From: Hormiphora californensis
Lineage: Eukaryota; Animalia; Ctenophora
Length of the DNA stretch: 64,000 bases
Assembly (NCBI GenBank): GCA_020137815.1
Contig: CM035359.1
Location: forward strand, 6,696,001 to 6,760,000
Direction: 5' to 3'
The notes under the pieces were generated by a model. The model searched no databases. It was not told where the DNA came from and saw nothing but the letters and a program-made list of their open reading frames with translations. This document shows, piece by piece, positions 12,360 to 26,333 of this stretch (position 1 is the first letter of the stretch; the number at the start of each line of letters is the position of its first letter). A program made the position numbers and the translations under genes.

Positions 12360-14340
12360 TGGTTACGTTATGGAGTTCAGTGCTAGTGAGATTTACGATG
12401 TTTTGTCTAAGCTTAATGCTCGCAAAGCTGCAGGCCCTGACGACATTCATAGCGTTATCTATAAGGAATGTGCTGGTCCCTTGGCGCATCCCCTCTCGAT
12501 ACTTTATAACCAGGCATACAATAGTTCTGCTCTTCCTAACATCTGGAAAGCTGCTAATGTGGTGCCTGTACATAAGTCGGGGGACACCAAGGATGTGCGC
12601 AATTACAGACCTATATCGCTTACTTGTATCATTATGAAGATCCTAGAGAGATTGATTTATAACCGTTTACTTAGCGTTTGTATTAGTAAGCTTGACAGTA
12701 GACAGCATGGCTTCCTACCTGGTAGGTCGTGTCTGACTCAACTCGTCCTGTTCCTCGATGATTTGATTTCTAATGATAATGAGAGAGTTGCTACCGATAT
12801 TATATATTTTGATTTCTCCAAGGCGTTTGACTCAGTTAATCACGACTTGATTCTGAGTAAAATCCGTAATAGATTTGGTATTGATGGCAAACTTCTGGGA
12901 TTAATCAGGGTGTATCTTATGGGTAGAACTCAAAGAGTGGTTGTAGGAGGGTGTTTTTCTTCTTTTCTCTCTGTTCTTAGTGGTGTTCCCCAGGGTAGTT
13001 TGCTAGGGCCGCTTCTATTTGTTATGTTTATTGACGACATCACTGAGTGCCTCGTAGGTAACACCAAAATGCTGTTGTATGCAGATGACCTGAAAGTATG
13101 GAGTAAGGTTGCCTGCCTGCAGGAACACTTGGACTTGCAGTTCACAGTAGATTGTCTACAATCTTGGGCAGTTGCCAATAAGATGGTGTTTCACCCGGGT
13201 AAGTGTAAGGTAGTCTCTACCCGAACGAGCTATTGGGTTGCCACTTGGAGTCAGCTACCTTTCTATCTTTACTCCTACAAACTTGCCGGAGTTGTGCTCG
13301 ATAATGTGGATATTCAGCGAGATCTTGGTATCTATGTATGCCGGGATCTCGACTGGAGGTACCATTGTCAGTACATTCTTGGTAAGTTTACTGACAGATT
13401 TAACTTATTACGTAGAACTATGTATATGATTGTAAACCCACACCAAAAACGTACCCTCTATGTTACCCTGGTGCGCTCATTTCTTGAGCACTGCTCTCCA
13501 ATCTGGACCCCACACCACGTGGGTGTTCTCAATGATCTGGAGGCTGCTCAAAAAAGATGCATTAAGTGGGTGTATGGTGTTAGCCCCCTTGATAGTTGGA
13601 GTGAGCGTGATTATTACGATAAACTAGTGACTCTTCGTATTTTACCCATTCGTGAGCAATTTTATTTCAACGATATGAAACTTTTATTCAAGATTATCCA
13701 TGGCCTAGCTCCGTACGGCCTCCCGGGTTATATTTGTTATATTCTCCCTACGGATTACTCATACAGGTCTAGACTGAATAAAGATATTGTTGACGGGGTC
13801 GATACTACAACTATCAAGTGTACTGTTGACCCTTGCACCAGTACTTTCCGTAACAGTTTTTTCTACCGATCTGTTAAAGCATGGAATTCTATCCCATATG
13901 AGATTAGACAAGCTACTTCGTATGATAGCTTTTGTTTACGTTTCAAATGCCACATTTTCAACTCTCTTGGTGACTAGGTTTAATTTCTATTTACCCCCCC
14001 CCCCCTATGTTACTTCCTCCTTATACATGCGCTCAGTGGTTTTTGACCTCTACCTGTATCCTGCTGGCATACCGGCTGCAACACATCTTCGTCAACTCGT
14101 CAACTCACCTCGCCTGCCCAACTCTTCGGTGTACACGATGGCAGTGTTTGGGAGGCAGCACGGGCTGAGAGATTTTTCATGGACTTGTGTTTCTGTGTGT
14201 ATTTTACAAAATTACCGTATAGTAATTTTAATAGACTCTGTTAAGGTGTGTCCTGAGGGTGCCGCCTGTAACCGCGGGTTTTTACCCTGTTGGTGGAGCC
14301 CTATGAGCTCGTTATGATTTATAAATTTTCCCGTTTTAAC
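12360..14340 (+). mobile_element. 5'-truncated CR1/L2-group LINE with uninterrupted RT domain (ORF ends 13977)
   Basis: KAAGPDDI, NYRPISLT, QHGFLPGRSC, DFSKAFDSVNH, GVPQGSLLGPLLF and LYADD motifs; no endonuclease part; 3' boundary approximate. Confidence 0.9.
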
Positions 14341-14352
14341 TTTTTCACAATA

Positions 14353-15812
14353 AATGTGTCTTCAATGTGTCCACAATGTGTCTTCAATCTGTCCACAATG
14401 TGTCTTCAATGTGTTCACAATGTGTCTTCAATCTGTCCACAATGTGTCCTCAATCTGTCCACGATGTGTCCAAAATGTGTCTTCAATCTGTCCACAATGT
14501 GTGCTCACGATGTGTCCACAATGTGTCTTCAATGTGTCTTCAATGTTTTCTATCACAATGGGTCTTCAATGAGTCCTCTTGTGTCTTCAATGTGTCTTCA
14601 ATGTGTCCACAATGTGTCTTCAATGTGTTCACAATATGTCTTCAATGTGTCCACAATGCGTCTTCAATGTGTCCACAATGTGTCTTCAATGTGTCCTCTT
14701 GTGTCCTCAATGTGTCCATAATGTGTCTTCAATGTGTTCACAATGTGTCTTCAATGTGTTCATAATATGTTCTCAATGTGTCCACAATGTGTCTTCAATG
14801 TGTCCACAATGTGTCTTAAATGTGTCCACAATGTGTCTTCAATGTGTCCTCTTGTATCCTCAATGTGTCCACAATGTGTCTTCAATGTGTCCACAATGTG
14901 TCTCCAATGTGTCTTCAATTTGTCCTCAATCTGTCCACGATGTGTCCAAAATGTGTCTTCAATCTGTCCACAATGTGTCCATAATGTGTCTTCAATGTGT
15001 CCTCAATCTGTCCACAATGTGTTCAAAATGTGTCTTCAATCTGTCCACAATGTGTCCATAATGTGTCTTCAATGTGTCCTCAATCTGTCCACAATGTGTT
15101 CAAAATGTGTCCTCAATCTATCCACAATGTGTCCACAATGTGTCTTCAATGTGACCTCAATGTGTCTTCCATGTGTTCACAATGTGTCCTCAATCTGTCC
15201 ACGATGTGTCCACAATGTGTCTTCAATTTGTGCCCACGATGTGTCTTCAATGTGTTCACAATGTGTCCCCAATGTGTCTTCAATTTGTGCCCACGATGTG
15301 TCTTCAGTGTGTCCACGATGTGTCCACAATGTGTCTTCAATGTGTCCACAATGTGTCTTCAATGTGTCTTCAATGTGTCTTCAATGTGTTCACAATGTGT
15401 CTTCAATGTGTCTTCAATGTGTCTTCAATGTGTTCACAATGTGTCCACAATGTGTCTTCAATTGGTGCCCACGATGTGTCTTCAATGTGTCCACAATGTG
15501 TCTTCAATGTGTCCACAATGTGTCTTCAATGTGTCCACAATGTGTCTTCAATGTGTCCACAATGTGTCTTCAATGTGTCCACAATGTGTCTTCAATGTGT
15601 TCACAATGTGTCCACAATGTGTCTTCAATGTGTCCACAATGTGTCTTCAATGTGTCCACAATGTGTCTTCAATGTGTCCACAATGTGTCTTCAATGTGTT
15701 TACAATGTGTTTTACAATGTGTGCCCACGATGTGTCTTCAATGTGTCCACAATGTGTCTTCAATGTGTCCTCAATGTGTCCACAATTTGTCCACAATTTG
15801 TCCTCAATGTGT
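14353..15812. repeat. 12-bp minisatellite (AATGTGTCTTC/AATGTGTCCAC variants)
   Basis: Direct observation; unit ~11-12 bp. Confidence 0.9.
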
Positions 15813-16170
15813 GCTCTTAAACGAAAACCTGACCCTAATCTCAACCCTAACCCTAACTCATACCTCAAACGCAAATAAACACCCTAACACTTCCAAATGA
15901 AGTTATAGAGGCATAGCAAACTCTCGTTCCGGCCTCATAGGGCAAAGTTTGGTACATACACACAAGTCGTTGAGGAAAGACCAAAATAAAACGAAGAAAA
16001 TGAATTTATTTGAAAAGAAAGCAAAACGAATCAGTCCCCAAACTATAGAACCATCATTTTTCACCTTCAATGTTTACTGCATTAGGCTACTCGACCAGTA
16101 GCAACATTCAGCTGTAGCTAATCCAGTAATCACTAATCAGCTGTAGCTAATCCAGTAATCAGTAATGTAA

Positions 16171-19100
16171 TCAGTAACTATCCTCGTCATCGATATTACC
16201 TTCAGATGTTAGCTCCTCGTACTCCTAAGAAATGGTGTGTTCGAGTAAGACAATTGTGGTTTACAGTGTAACATTGGCAACTATTTAGAATAGTGGGGTG
16301 CTGCGTGGAGTAAGTGCAGTATATTAACTGTTAGAGCTTGCAGCAGGAACCGACCGAATCGTGAAATACTGGTCACTGATTGGTATTTGGTTGATAACCA
16401 GTCACGTGACCTAAATAACGAGTTCTAATTGGTTGGTTAGAGCTTGCAGTTAATGTACCTGGATAAGATCCTGGATGCTTCCAAGTGCGACATCAAACTC
16501 CGACTCCTCAAGTCCCTCGCCCACATACCTGAAACGCAGTAGTGTGGGTACTGTGTGCGAGTGTTCTGTGTATCTAATGGAGATAATAGGGCAGGGTATC
16601 ATGGGAAGCTGGGTCTATTTGAACTTAGTTCGCCAGAAAGGTGACCCATTTTGTGCTTACTCCAGACTTATTCATTTCCAACACTTTTGAGTTGAAGGCG
16701 AATAGTTTACAGATACTTGCTGTATTTGAAGACTATACTTTATACTGCGGATCACGGACACAGCTGCGACTCAACAAAGCTGTGACAGAATTGAAGGAAT
16801 ATTACTAACCAGTGCACGAAGGCTCGTTTCCGGAACATTCTCTGGAACTTCTCAATCAATCTCTGCCAGGGTTGTTGCACGGCAGTGCTATTGCTCAGCA
16901 TGACACAACTTCTGCTGACCTCTGCCATATCGTCATCGGGGAACACACGAGGCTTGTTACTATTCAAACCAACCTAAAATAGAATTAGAAGAGGCTTGTT
17001 ACTTTGATAAGTCACAACCTAAAAGTAGAATTCGGATTTTGTTGCAGTCGGACCCCGGTTTACTGGGATTCTCGGGGAAAAGGCTTTCGCCTTGGTGACA
17101 TAGACACCTGGCGCGACCGAGATTGAGCTCGGGGGTCGCGCAAGGTGTCTATGTCACCAAGCTTTCGCCTGGTAAATCGGGGTTCCGGTATATCGGGGCC
17201 CGGTGAATGGCCCTTCCGCCTACGTACGAACACCGAAAATAAGTAAGCCCAATTGTCTCATGATTCGTGTGCCAACACAACACTATACTGGTACACCCGT
17301 ACAGTCGTGTTCCTCTCACCCACACGGGGACCATATGATGACTTGATGATTCGTGAAAGTACCTTGAATCCGGTAGGCATCCAATCAACGAAATGTGTGT
17401 CTTTCCTTGTTTTTATGTTGGTGATCGCTTTGTTGATGTCACTTGAGCTACCCTGCTCGAAGTCACCTCGGAACAACAAACAACACGACATGTAGAGACC
17501 CTGCCTGGAAATATTATTATAGTTATAGTACAGCTTCCACCGTTAGAAAACAATTGTTTTCGAAGACTTGACTTCGAGATTCGACCTTATAATACTGATA
17601 GCGGTCGTGACATCTCTAAACCAATAATTGATAGACCAAGATTCTAGGGGTCCGTATAAAGCCCCCGCGGTATAGTCACACTTACTTGACATTACATTTT
17701 ACAAACTGTAAGCCTCCGCGGTATAGTTTATTAGATCACTTACTTGACATTACATTTTACAAACTGGCTCTTCTCCTCAAAGACCTCGCTTACAACTTGA
17801 CTTGTGTTGTAGCTGGTGTGGGCGATCCGCTCCTTGCTGATTAGTGGGGCCATACTCACAATTGGGAACCGCACAGACGGGAAGGGAACCTAGGGAGAAA
17901 CATGTGTGTAATTGTCTTCCACGAGGGACAGAGCGAGAGAATTAATGCATTTGATCATTGAATATTAAGTGTCTGCGATGGAAATATGACGATATGTTAG
18001 ATCACTATGTTAGTTTATGGATGTCCATTGTCCTTGCCCCGTGAACTTTGAAGCTTCTGATACAGGCCCTAATATTGGATTTATAAAGTGCATCACGTGT
18101 TGTACGATCTTACCAGGTTGGTTTGGAACTCGTTCAGATCGACATTGAGGGAGCCATCGAATCGTAAACTACCAGTGAAACTACTAACAGCCTGTAAACA
18201 TTAAGTTATTGCCTAATGAGATATAGTAATTTCTTCAAAATCACCCCAATGATTCAACAAGGGTACGCCACCCAACTATAAAAATCACTCCACTAAAATT
18301 GCTCTACCACAATATTGTCCTTATTTGAACGACAACATGCAATAATATTGCTTACCTGAGCGACAAGTCTGTTAAGATTGTAATAGTTAGGCCACTCTAC
18401 ATCAAGTTTCTCCCGGCACAGGTCGAATACTGCTTCATTGTCCATCATAAAACAGACATCGTTTAGGTGCGGTGTCAAAATGGAGTTGTACGGTTCAACA
18501 ATGGACGTGGACACCTGCAGTAGTTGACATGAGTTGTGGTGCGGATCAGCTGCATGGATGTGACATGCTAACGCAGTAAAGCAGCAAGCGCGACGAGAGC
18601 AGATCATGATCATGCGTTTCAAGGTACATGGTTCTGAAATTTGTGATACAATTAATTGAATTATTCTAACGAACTAACGGCGGGCGAAGGGTAAATGGCG
18701 AACTCAAGTTTGCACTTTTTCCCCAGCGAATCCTGGATCCGTTCCACTAAAAGCGAGGAAAACCCGGAGCCGGTTCCACCACCGTATGATCGGAAGAGCA
18801 GGATACCCTGGAGGCTGTCGCAGTTCTCAGCGAGACGACGGTATTTTGATTCAGCATTTTCGATGTGACTCCGACCGATGGAGTAGTAACCACGTGCATA
18901 GTTATCAGAGGAATCCTCTTTACCTGAATTATAGATATGACGATATGTGTTAGCATGTTCTTTTGAATCACCCCCTGCAGTTCTATGGTAGTATATGACC
19001 CCTATTATAATAGTTATCAAACTTACCTCTTGACTATTCACTAACTAACTAACAACTATAATATAACTCTACTAGAGTTACTCTAGACGTGTGATCATGA

Positions 19101-19730
19101 ATTCAACACTGTACAACTTCATCAGCTATTATACCGCTATAGTTACACCTGATCACCGCTACAATTACCACTATAGTTGCCCTAGTTACCACTATAGTTA
19201 CCCCTAGTTACCACTATAGTTACCACTAGTTACCTGTGACCATGAATTCAGGATTATATAGCTTCTTGAACTCTCCCTGCCGTATGGTATCAATCACAGT
19301 AGGTTCAAAGTCGACAAAGAGAGACCGGGGCACGTAGTGGCCTTTGGACGTCTCAGAGAATAGAGATAACATGTTGGATTTTTCATCTGGAAATACAGAG
19401 AAAACAATTACTGACAAGTAGTATGGAAGTTGTGTTGGCGTAGCTTATAGAAGTGATGAATTTGAGTAACAAATTTATCGCGAAAAAAACGGTTTTGGTG
19501 AAAAAAATGTTGATATTGTACCAAATATACATGACTATCAGTTGGGTAACCATGACAGAAGCCAATTAAATCACACACCTGGTTCACTGCACATGACTAT
19601 ACCTACCATCAGCGGCATTAAGTTGATACCCATCGCTAGTTAGACCATGTTCCATCAAGTACAGCTCCCAGCACGTGCTTCCTATCTGAACTCCCGCCTG
19701 GCCCACATGAAGCGATATAACCTCTCTCAT
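16171..19730 (-). CDS. Divergent alpha-tubulin, 444 aa. Exons: 19730-19607, 19386-19234, 18923-18679, 18514-18356, 18191-18114, 17889-17744, 17504-17363, 16973-16810, 16528-16459, 16224-16171
   Basis: [60 protein letters not shown] and AFVHWYVGEG motifs; all introns GT-AG; phases consistent and total 1335 nt. Confidence 0.93.
16344..16435. repeat. Short interspersed repeat flanked by a 14-bp direct duplication
   Basis: GTTAGAGCTTGCAG at 16330-16343 and 16436-16449. Confidence 0.55.
17045..17205. mobile_element. Degenerate CAGTCGGACCCCG-family MITE containing a 71-bp hairpin mini-element (17091-17161)
   Basis: CTTGGTGACATAGACACC...GGTGTCTATGTCACCAAG flanked by duplicated CTTTCGC. Confidence 0.6.
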
Positions 19731-20793
19731 GATTTGCCTGGGGGGAGGGGTGATCTTCAAAGTCATGTATTATATGGTAACCATGGTAACCACTTACTAC
19801 ATGGTTGCCGTGATAAAGAGTGTAAAGAGTCGGAAATTTTTGGAAAATAGAGTGTATCTGAACATACTGTTAATTGTCTCTTTCTCAAGAGATACTGAGA
19901 ACAGTCTAATCTATAACAAGCCCTAACACGGTCGCTTGTAGTGGGAAAACGGTAATGGAAAACGAAGATACAGTAAGACGACGCGCAACCGTGACCAATC
20001 AGGGCGCTAGTACGTGCTGACACATGAACTTTTTGCCGCGCGTTATGCACCGTGCGCGTCTCCTTACTGTATTTTGCGTTACCGTATTTTGACTGCAAGC
20101 AGCACTGTAAGTTTTTGGATAAATTTTCACAAGAAAACTGAAATTTCAGTTTTACTATAGTCCTAGGCATTTGCGTAAGAAAGTGTCCGTTTCAGGAATT
20201 TTTAGATAACCATGCGAGACCTTCACTAAAAGTAGGCTATTGGTCCCTAGAAACACCAAAAAAAAGTCTACGACCTAGACTTCCCGAGAACATCTCTTAA
20301 TTTGGCGTTAATTGGGTATAATTGGCTAAAAAAGAAACAAAAATTCAAAATCATCGTAGAAGGTCGTAACTGGTCGCAATCGTTCAGAAATATTATTCTT
20401 ATCATCGTAAGATCATAAAAGTGACCCAATTATGTAAAATTGGTACCCAATTTGGCGTTAATTGGGTCAAATTGGGTCTAAATTGGGCAAAAATTCAAAA
20501 TCGTCGTGGTTGGTCGCGATCGTTCGGAAATAGCAACCTTATCATCTTGAATTCAAAATAGTGACCCAGTTGTGCCAAATTGGTGCGTAATTGGTCCTAA
20601 TTGGGCCTAATTGGCTAAAATTTATGCTTTTTTATGTTAGAACAAGACCGTCAATTTTCGCCCTGACTAGGGAAATAATTTGGAACAGCGAAATTCCTTC
20701 ACCAACGTGTCCCTAAGGGTTTTCTGGAACAATTATGAGCTTTGGAACTTGCAGCTTGAGGGGAATTATGGTCATTTCCGGGTGTGTGTCCCC

Positions 20794-23468
20794 TGTAATT
20801 TCAGGCTGAGCCCAATATTGTAAATAATTTTAGAATTGGAGTAGAGATAAAAATCAGGGCACGTAAGTGTGTAGCGCCCTCGCATTAGTGGAGGTAGACA
20901 CCCATGAAAAGTTCCTAACTCATTTGGTTAATTGGATAATTGGTTAATTAGATGTATGTATAGCCGTATTTCAACTAGTATTCAGTTCATATTATGACCG
21001 ACCATGCTTTGTGGCTTAGATAAGGTGTAAATGATCCTGAGGCCCTGATAGATATTCTTCAGGTGTTGCTAGAAAGCCTTCATATGTTGCTAGATACCCC
21101 TAGAACTCCCTAGATACACCTACATAATCATCCTAGAAACCCCTCAGAGCCCACAAGATTCTACTAAGTACCCCTCAGACCCGTTTGATAGCCTTTTAAG
21201 AGTTCAGACCCTTCTCTATACCCCTCAGAGCTAATTAGATACCCTCAGAACTTCTTCAGATCTACCTCTAGACCCCCTCAGACCCTGTTAGATACCTCTT
21301 AGGTCTTGTTAGATACCCTAGATAAAACCCTCCAAGATGCTCAGATTATACTAAACACCCATTAGACCGACTAGCAAAACTGGGGCGATCGTACCGATCG
21401 CAAATCGAGGGGTCTGTTTTTCTCTCTGCCTGTCTGCTATATGCTATGTGATGTGATCCCTCTCTTTTTCTCTCTTTCTCTCCCTTTTATACATGTGATG
21501 TGACCCCTCAAGTCGCAAGCAGTTCTCAACACGTGTGATACGTGATACCTACGAATCACGTCGTCACACTGACGGATCATGTCGTCACGCTGACGGATTA
21601 CGTCGTCACATTGACGGATCACGTCGTCACATTGACGATAGGGTGTCACAGTTAGATGAGACGTAAACATACCCTAGACCCTTCTAGCTTCTTATCACTC
21701 TAATAGACACCCTCAAAACAATCTACATACCCTCGAAATAATCTACATAGTAGGGTTTTATGGTTCTGTGGAATATCTAATGCCTAATTGGGTATGGGTG
21801 GTATCTAGAATGGCCTGAGATATATCTACCGTGTGGGGCAATAAAAATGCCCCCCCAAGTCTACCATAGTTCCAGATATCGTGGAGCGCTAAAATTTGGT
21901 TCAGTAACTTTATGAGACAAATAAATAACTTGACCAAAATTTCAGACCTCTAGCTCAAAATTCATTTTTTTGATCGGAATGAACATTGTCATTCATTCCA
22001 GGAAAAAATATTTTCCGGTTCAAAATTTAACCAATTATGTTTGGCTATCGATTAGCTTTCCAATGTGACCAAGATCAGCTAAATTGGACAACCACAAGAG
22101 ACACAGTGTCATGTTTCTTAAAGTTAGTCAGGTTATGTGATCTTCACTGAATCGTTGATCGTGTTCAGTATTACGAATTGGTCTAAGTGGTAGAGAATCA
22201 CGTATCACATCTGCTAATGAGGGATGACGATGCTGATTGGTCATGAGATCTGTAGCTCTTTGATAAATGTCCTCTTTCCTCGAATCACATCACCCTGTAT
22301 TGGTACACATACCCAATTAACGGCCATGATACGAGATTCCTTTGCCCATTGGCCCGATTAGCAATCTCGGAAACTAAACGATTCGATGAAGATCACATGA
22401 CCTGACTAACTTAAAGCAACATGACACTGTGTCTCTTGTGTTTGTCCAATTTAGCTGACCTTGGTCCCATTGGAAAGCAAATCGATAGCCAAACATAATT
22501 AGTTAAATTTTGGACCGGAAAATATTTTTTCCTGGAATGAATGACAATGTTCATTCCGATCAAAAAAATGAATTTTGAGCTAGCGGTCTGAAATTTTGGC
22601 CAAGTTATTTATTTGTCTCATAGAGTTACTGTACCAAATTTCAGCGCTCCACGATATCTGGAACTATGGTAGACTTGGGGGGGCATTTTTATTGCCCCAC
22701 ACGGTACAAGGATCTGATCGAGACTTGAGAGGTATCAAGAAGGGTCTAATGTGTATCTAGTAGAGTCTGAGTAGGTCTTATGGGTACCTAGTACGGTAAG
22801 ATATGGGTATCTAGAAGGATCTGAAGGGCATCTAGTGGAGTCTCAGAGTCTGAGGGGTATCTACTGGGGCCTGAGGGATCAGGAGGGATATCTTGTAGGG
22901 GTATTGTTTGAGGGTTTACTGTACGAGTATCTAGGATGGTTTAGGGGCATCTAGCATTGTCGCAAGATCTTAGGGATATCTAACAGGGTCTGAGGGGGTC
23001 TAGGGGTAGATCTGAAGAAGTTCTGAGGGTATCTAATTAGCTCTGAGGGGTATAGAGAAGGGTCTGAACTCTTAAAAGGCTATCAAACGGGTCTGAGGGG
23101 TACTTAGTAGAATCTTGTGGGCTCTGAGGGGTTTCTAGGATGATTATGTAGGTGTATCTAGGGAGTTCTAGGGGTATCTAGCAACATATGAAGGCTTTCT
23201 AGCAACACCTGAAGAATATCTATCAGGGCCTCAGGATCATTTACACCTTATCTAAGCCACAAAGCATGGTCGGTCATAATATGAACTGAATAATAGTTGA
23301 AATACGGCTATACATACATCTAATTAACCAATTATCCAATTAACCAAATGAGTTAGGAACTTTTCATGGGTGTCTACCCCCTAATGCGAGGACGCTACAC
23401 ACTACGTGCCCTGATTTTATCTCTACTCCAATTCTAAAATTATTTAATTTGGGTCAGCCGAAATTACA
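20794..23468. mobile_element. Large foldback element with ~500-bp near-identical arms
   Basis: 20794-21300 is the reverse complement of about 22978-23468; non-coding. Confidence 0.8.
21829..22704. mobile_element. Long-TIR non-autonomous element with TA TSD (Tc1/mariner-pogo type), nested in the foldback
   Basis: TA-CCGTGTGGGGCAATAAAAATGCC...GGCATTTTTATTGCCCCACACGG-TA; ~310-bp arms. Confidence 0.85.
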
Positions 23469-25730
23469 GAAAACAGCAAACCCCTAACTGCACCAATCTC
23501 GTCAGAAAATAATTTTAAAGGTTTCCATATTTCCACGGGCAAATACACGTTCTAAAATAAAAACATAAATTCAGTTCACTTACCGTTGATTTAGTAGCTG
23601 TAGTAACTTTGTAGTGGTTGACCGAGTAAAGAGAGTCAAGTTATACAATGTAGTGATTGGGCCCATTCACTGTTTATTTTCTCTTTTATATTGCACACCC
23701 GCGGTCATGGGTGACATTATAGTGCTGCTATATTTAGCTGCCATGATCATTGTTTAGCTAAGTTGTCAACTGGGTGGTAGAGGCGGAAATGTAATTGATA
23801 ACATTGGATATATCCGTAACATAATACCCAATACCAATGACTGTCAGCAAGTTAGCAAATGATTGTTTTAGTTTTAGTTCGACATTGAGGGAAATCATAC
23901 GACTCTTACTGCAGTTAGCGACAATCGAGAAAACAGACAGCATAACTCTTTTAAGCGACAGTGCTGTGTAATTTCTCAAAACTCTTATTCTTAGTGAGCA
24001 ACAGGGAAAAGAATTGGGGAGAGAAAGTGAGAGACAGGGTGCCCCCTTGAGAGAGATTATCTCGCGCGGCGCATTGGCACGTGCGGTTTGGGCGCTGGCA
24101 GGCTTTTGCATGTTGCAACATGTAAAAGCCTGCCAGCGCCCAAACCGCACGTGCCAGGGCGCCGCGCGTTACTATCTTGCTCTCTCTCACTCACTAGCTA
24201 CATTCTGATTGGCTGTTATCGATCACATGTACGCAGTCACAGGCTATCCCTGTGCACTAGGACTTATCACGTGACCTTTCACGTGACCACATGCTGAGAT
24301 CCCCGGTCAGTTAAGAGTTTTAAGAGTTTATACGTCGCTAAGTAGCGGCGCTTACTACACAAGAGAATGGAATCACCATTCTCTTACTCTTGATATCTCT
24401 TACAAGAAAATAAGAGTTATTTTGGAAAACAGTCAGCACCTGTCGCTTACTCCAGTAAGCGGTTGCGAAATCAATCAGCACCTGCTAACTTCAGTAAGAG
24501 TCGTATGATATCCCTCATTGCTACGTTCTGGGTGATACATACAAAGAAACAGCTTCCCCTATTATAATAGGGCCCGAGTTGGATTTGAATAACTTTTGAG
24601 TAATGAGTACCGTGTGCTAGGTGTTTGTTTATCTTTATAATGCAGGCAGCTGTAGCATGACACTAGCCATGAGGTGTTTCTATTCTCAGCTAGCAATATG
24701 ATCAATGGGTTTCTAATCCGATTTCCTATGACATCACGAAGATGACATCCCCATTGAATATAATATTCCAGCGAACATGCAGAGGGACGACGCCACACGC
24801 CCAAACATTATCCACAGATATATCCTGTCTATCTCTTTCTCTCCAACTCTTCACTCTCCCACTCCCCGGCCATCTCTTATTGCATTATTATCTTTGAATA
24901 TCGATACCTATAATCCTATCGTACACTCTTCTTTACCTTCCAAACATATTCCTACCCGTCCTGTCCTTTGTACTGCGTTGAACATCGTTTATCCTGCCAT
25001 TGCAGCATGCCCCAAGCTTATAAATATCGTGGTCTTGTTAGTGACCATCAATTACTGAAAGTTCATTCTGTTAGCTTAGTCAAGCACACACATATAATAT
25101 TGTAGGAAGTCCATTATAAAATCAACTCCCGTGATCGGGCTATCAAGGTATTACTTCTTTGCCTTGCTGATCGAGTAGCTCTCGAACTTTTTCTCAGTCC
25201 CCAGTCCCACTCTCAAAGAGATTTAATATGTTCCTGCATGACCTGAATATATGTTCCATTCCACGAAATTCCCACATAATTTAACCATCTAGTCTGCATG
25301 ATGGGAATTTCATATATTCAGCTCATGCTCCTGAAAGGGGGTTGAATTACATCTAAAATAAAATAAAATCACCCTTCCTTTGTGTTTTCTGTTTCTGAAT
25401 TGCCCATCCCTTTAGGAGCTGCAGCTTGTTCAAGTTCGGAGCTCCTTGACCGATTGAGCTGAATCTATCAGCTATGCTTTATGCTATATTGGATCTGGAT
25501 ATTTTAGTATCTTATTCTTAGTATTATGCTATCATCATCATTATTAGGCAGTAGTATATGGCGAGGATTTGGGACCCCTTTTTCGCTCGAATATGTCACT
25601 TCCATATATGGGCATGTCACGTGACACACATGATGTCACGTGACGTCACATGATGTCATATGATGTCACGTGATTATGACGTCACTTTGTGACTTTTGTG
25701 ACGTCACTAGCGCTGACAAGGAATTTTAAA

Positions 25731-25800
25731 GATCAGCTGGGTTTGAACTCGCTACCTTTGTAGCAAAAGTCAATCTCTTAGACCACTCGGCCACCGTGGC
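25731..25800 (-). promoter_or_regulatory. Mirror copy of the tRNA-like Pol III unit in the left TIR
   Basis: Reverse complement of 29346-29415. Confidence 0.6.
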
Positions 25801-26333
25801 AACAAAATCTTTGAAATTTGAGACGTTTTTAAATAGTAGGACTAGTGCCGTGATAATTGATCGTCTCTTTGTGACCTTTGTGACCTAGCCTAATGTACCG
25901 GCAAGGGCCACAGTATAGTGTAAAATGGTTGTACCACCTAAAAATGGGGTACACACGTGATCATAAAATAAATCAGTAAATCTGCGTAGAGCTGGCAAGC
26001 AACATTTGAAAATGGATGTTTTTAGCCGTTCCTAGCCATTCCTAGCTATTCCTTGTTAATTATAGGATTCGGAAAAGAGTTCCGAGTGTTCCTAGTCTAT
26101 TCTCCATATGCTATATGGGTGTTCCTAGCAGTTCTTTGGTGCTTTAATATGTTCCTAGTGTTCCTAGTCTGTTATTCACCGTTATTGGGTGTTTCTTGCC
26201 TGTTTCACACATCAGCAGGAACACACAGGAACATCATAAGAACGCGTTGGAACGGTTAAAAACAACTTAAAACACAGAAAATACGCTATTTTTGGTTGAT
26301 CTAAATAAATAGAATGATAATACATACATCAAC

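Noticed and set aside
14290-15900. Long Cys/Met-rich ORFs in all three plus frames
   Set aside because: Artefact of a stop-free minisatellite.
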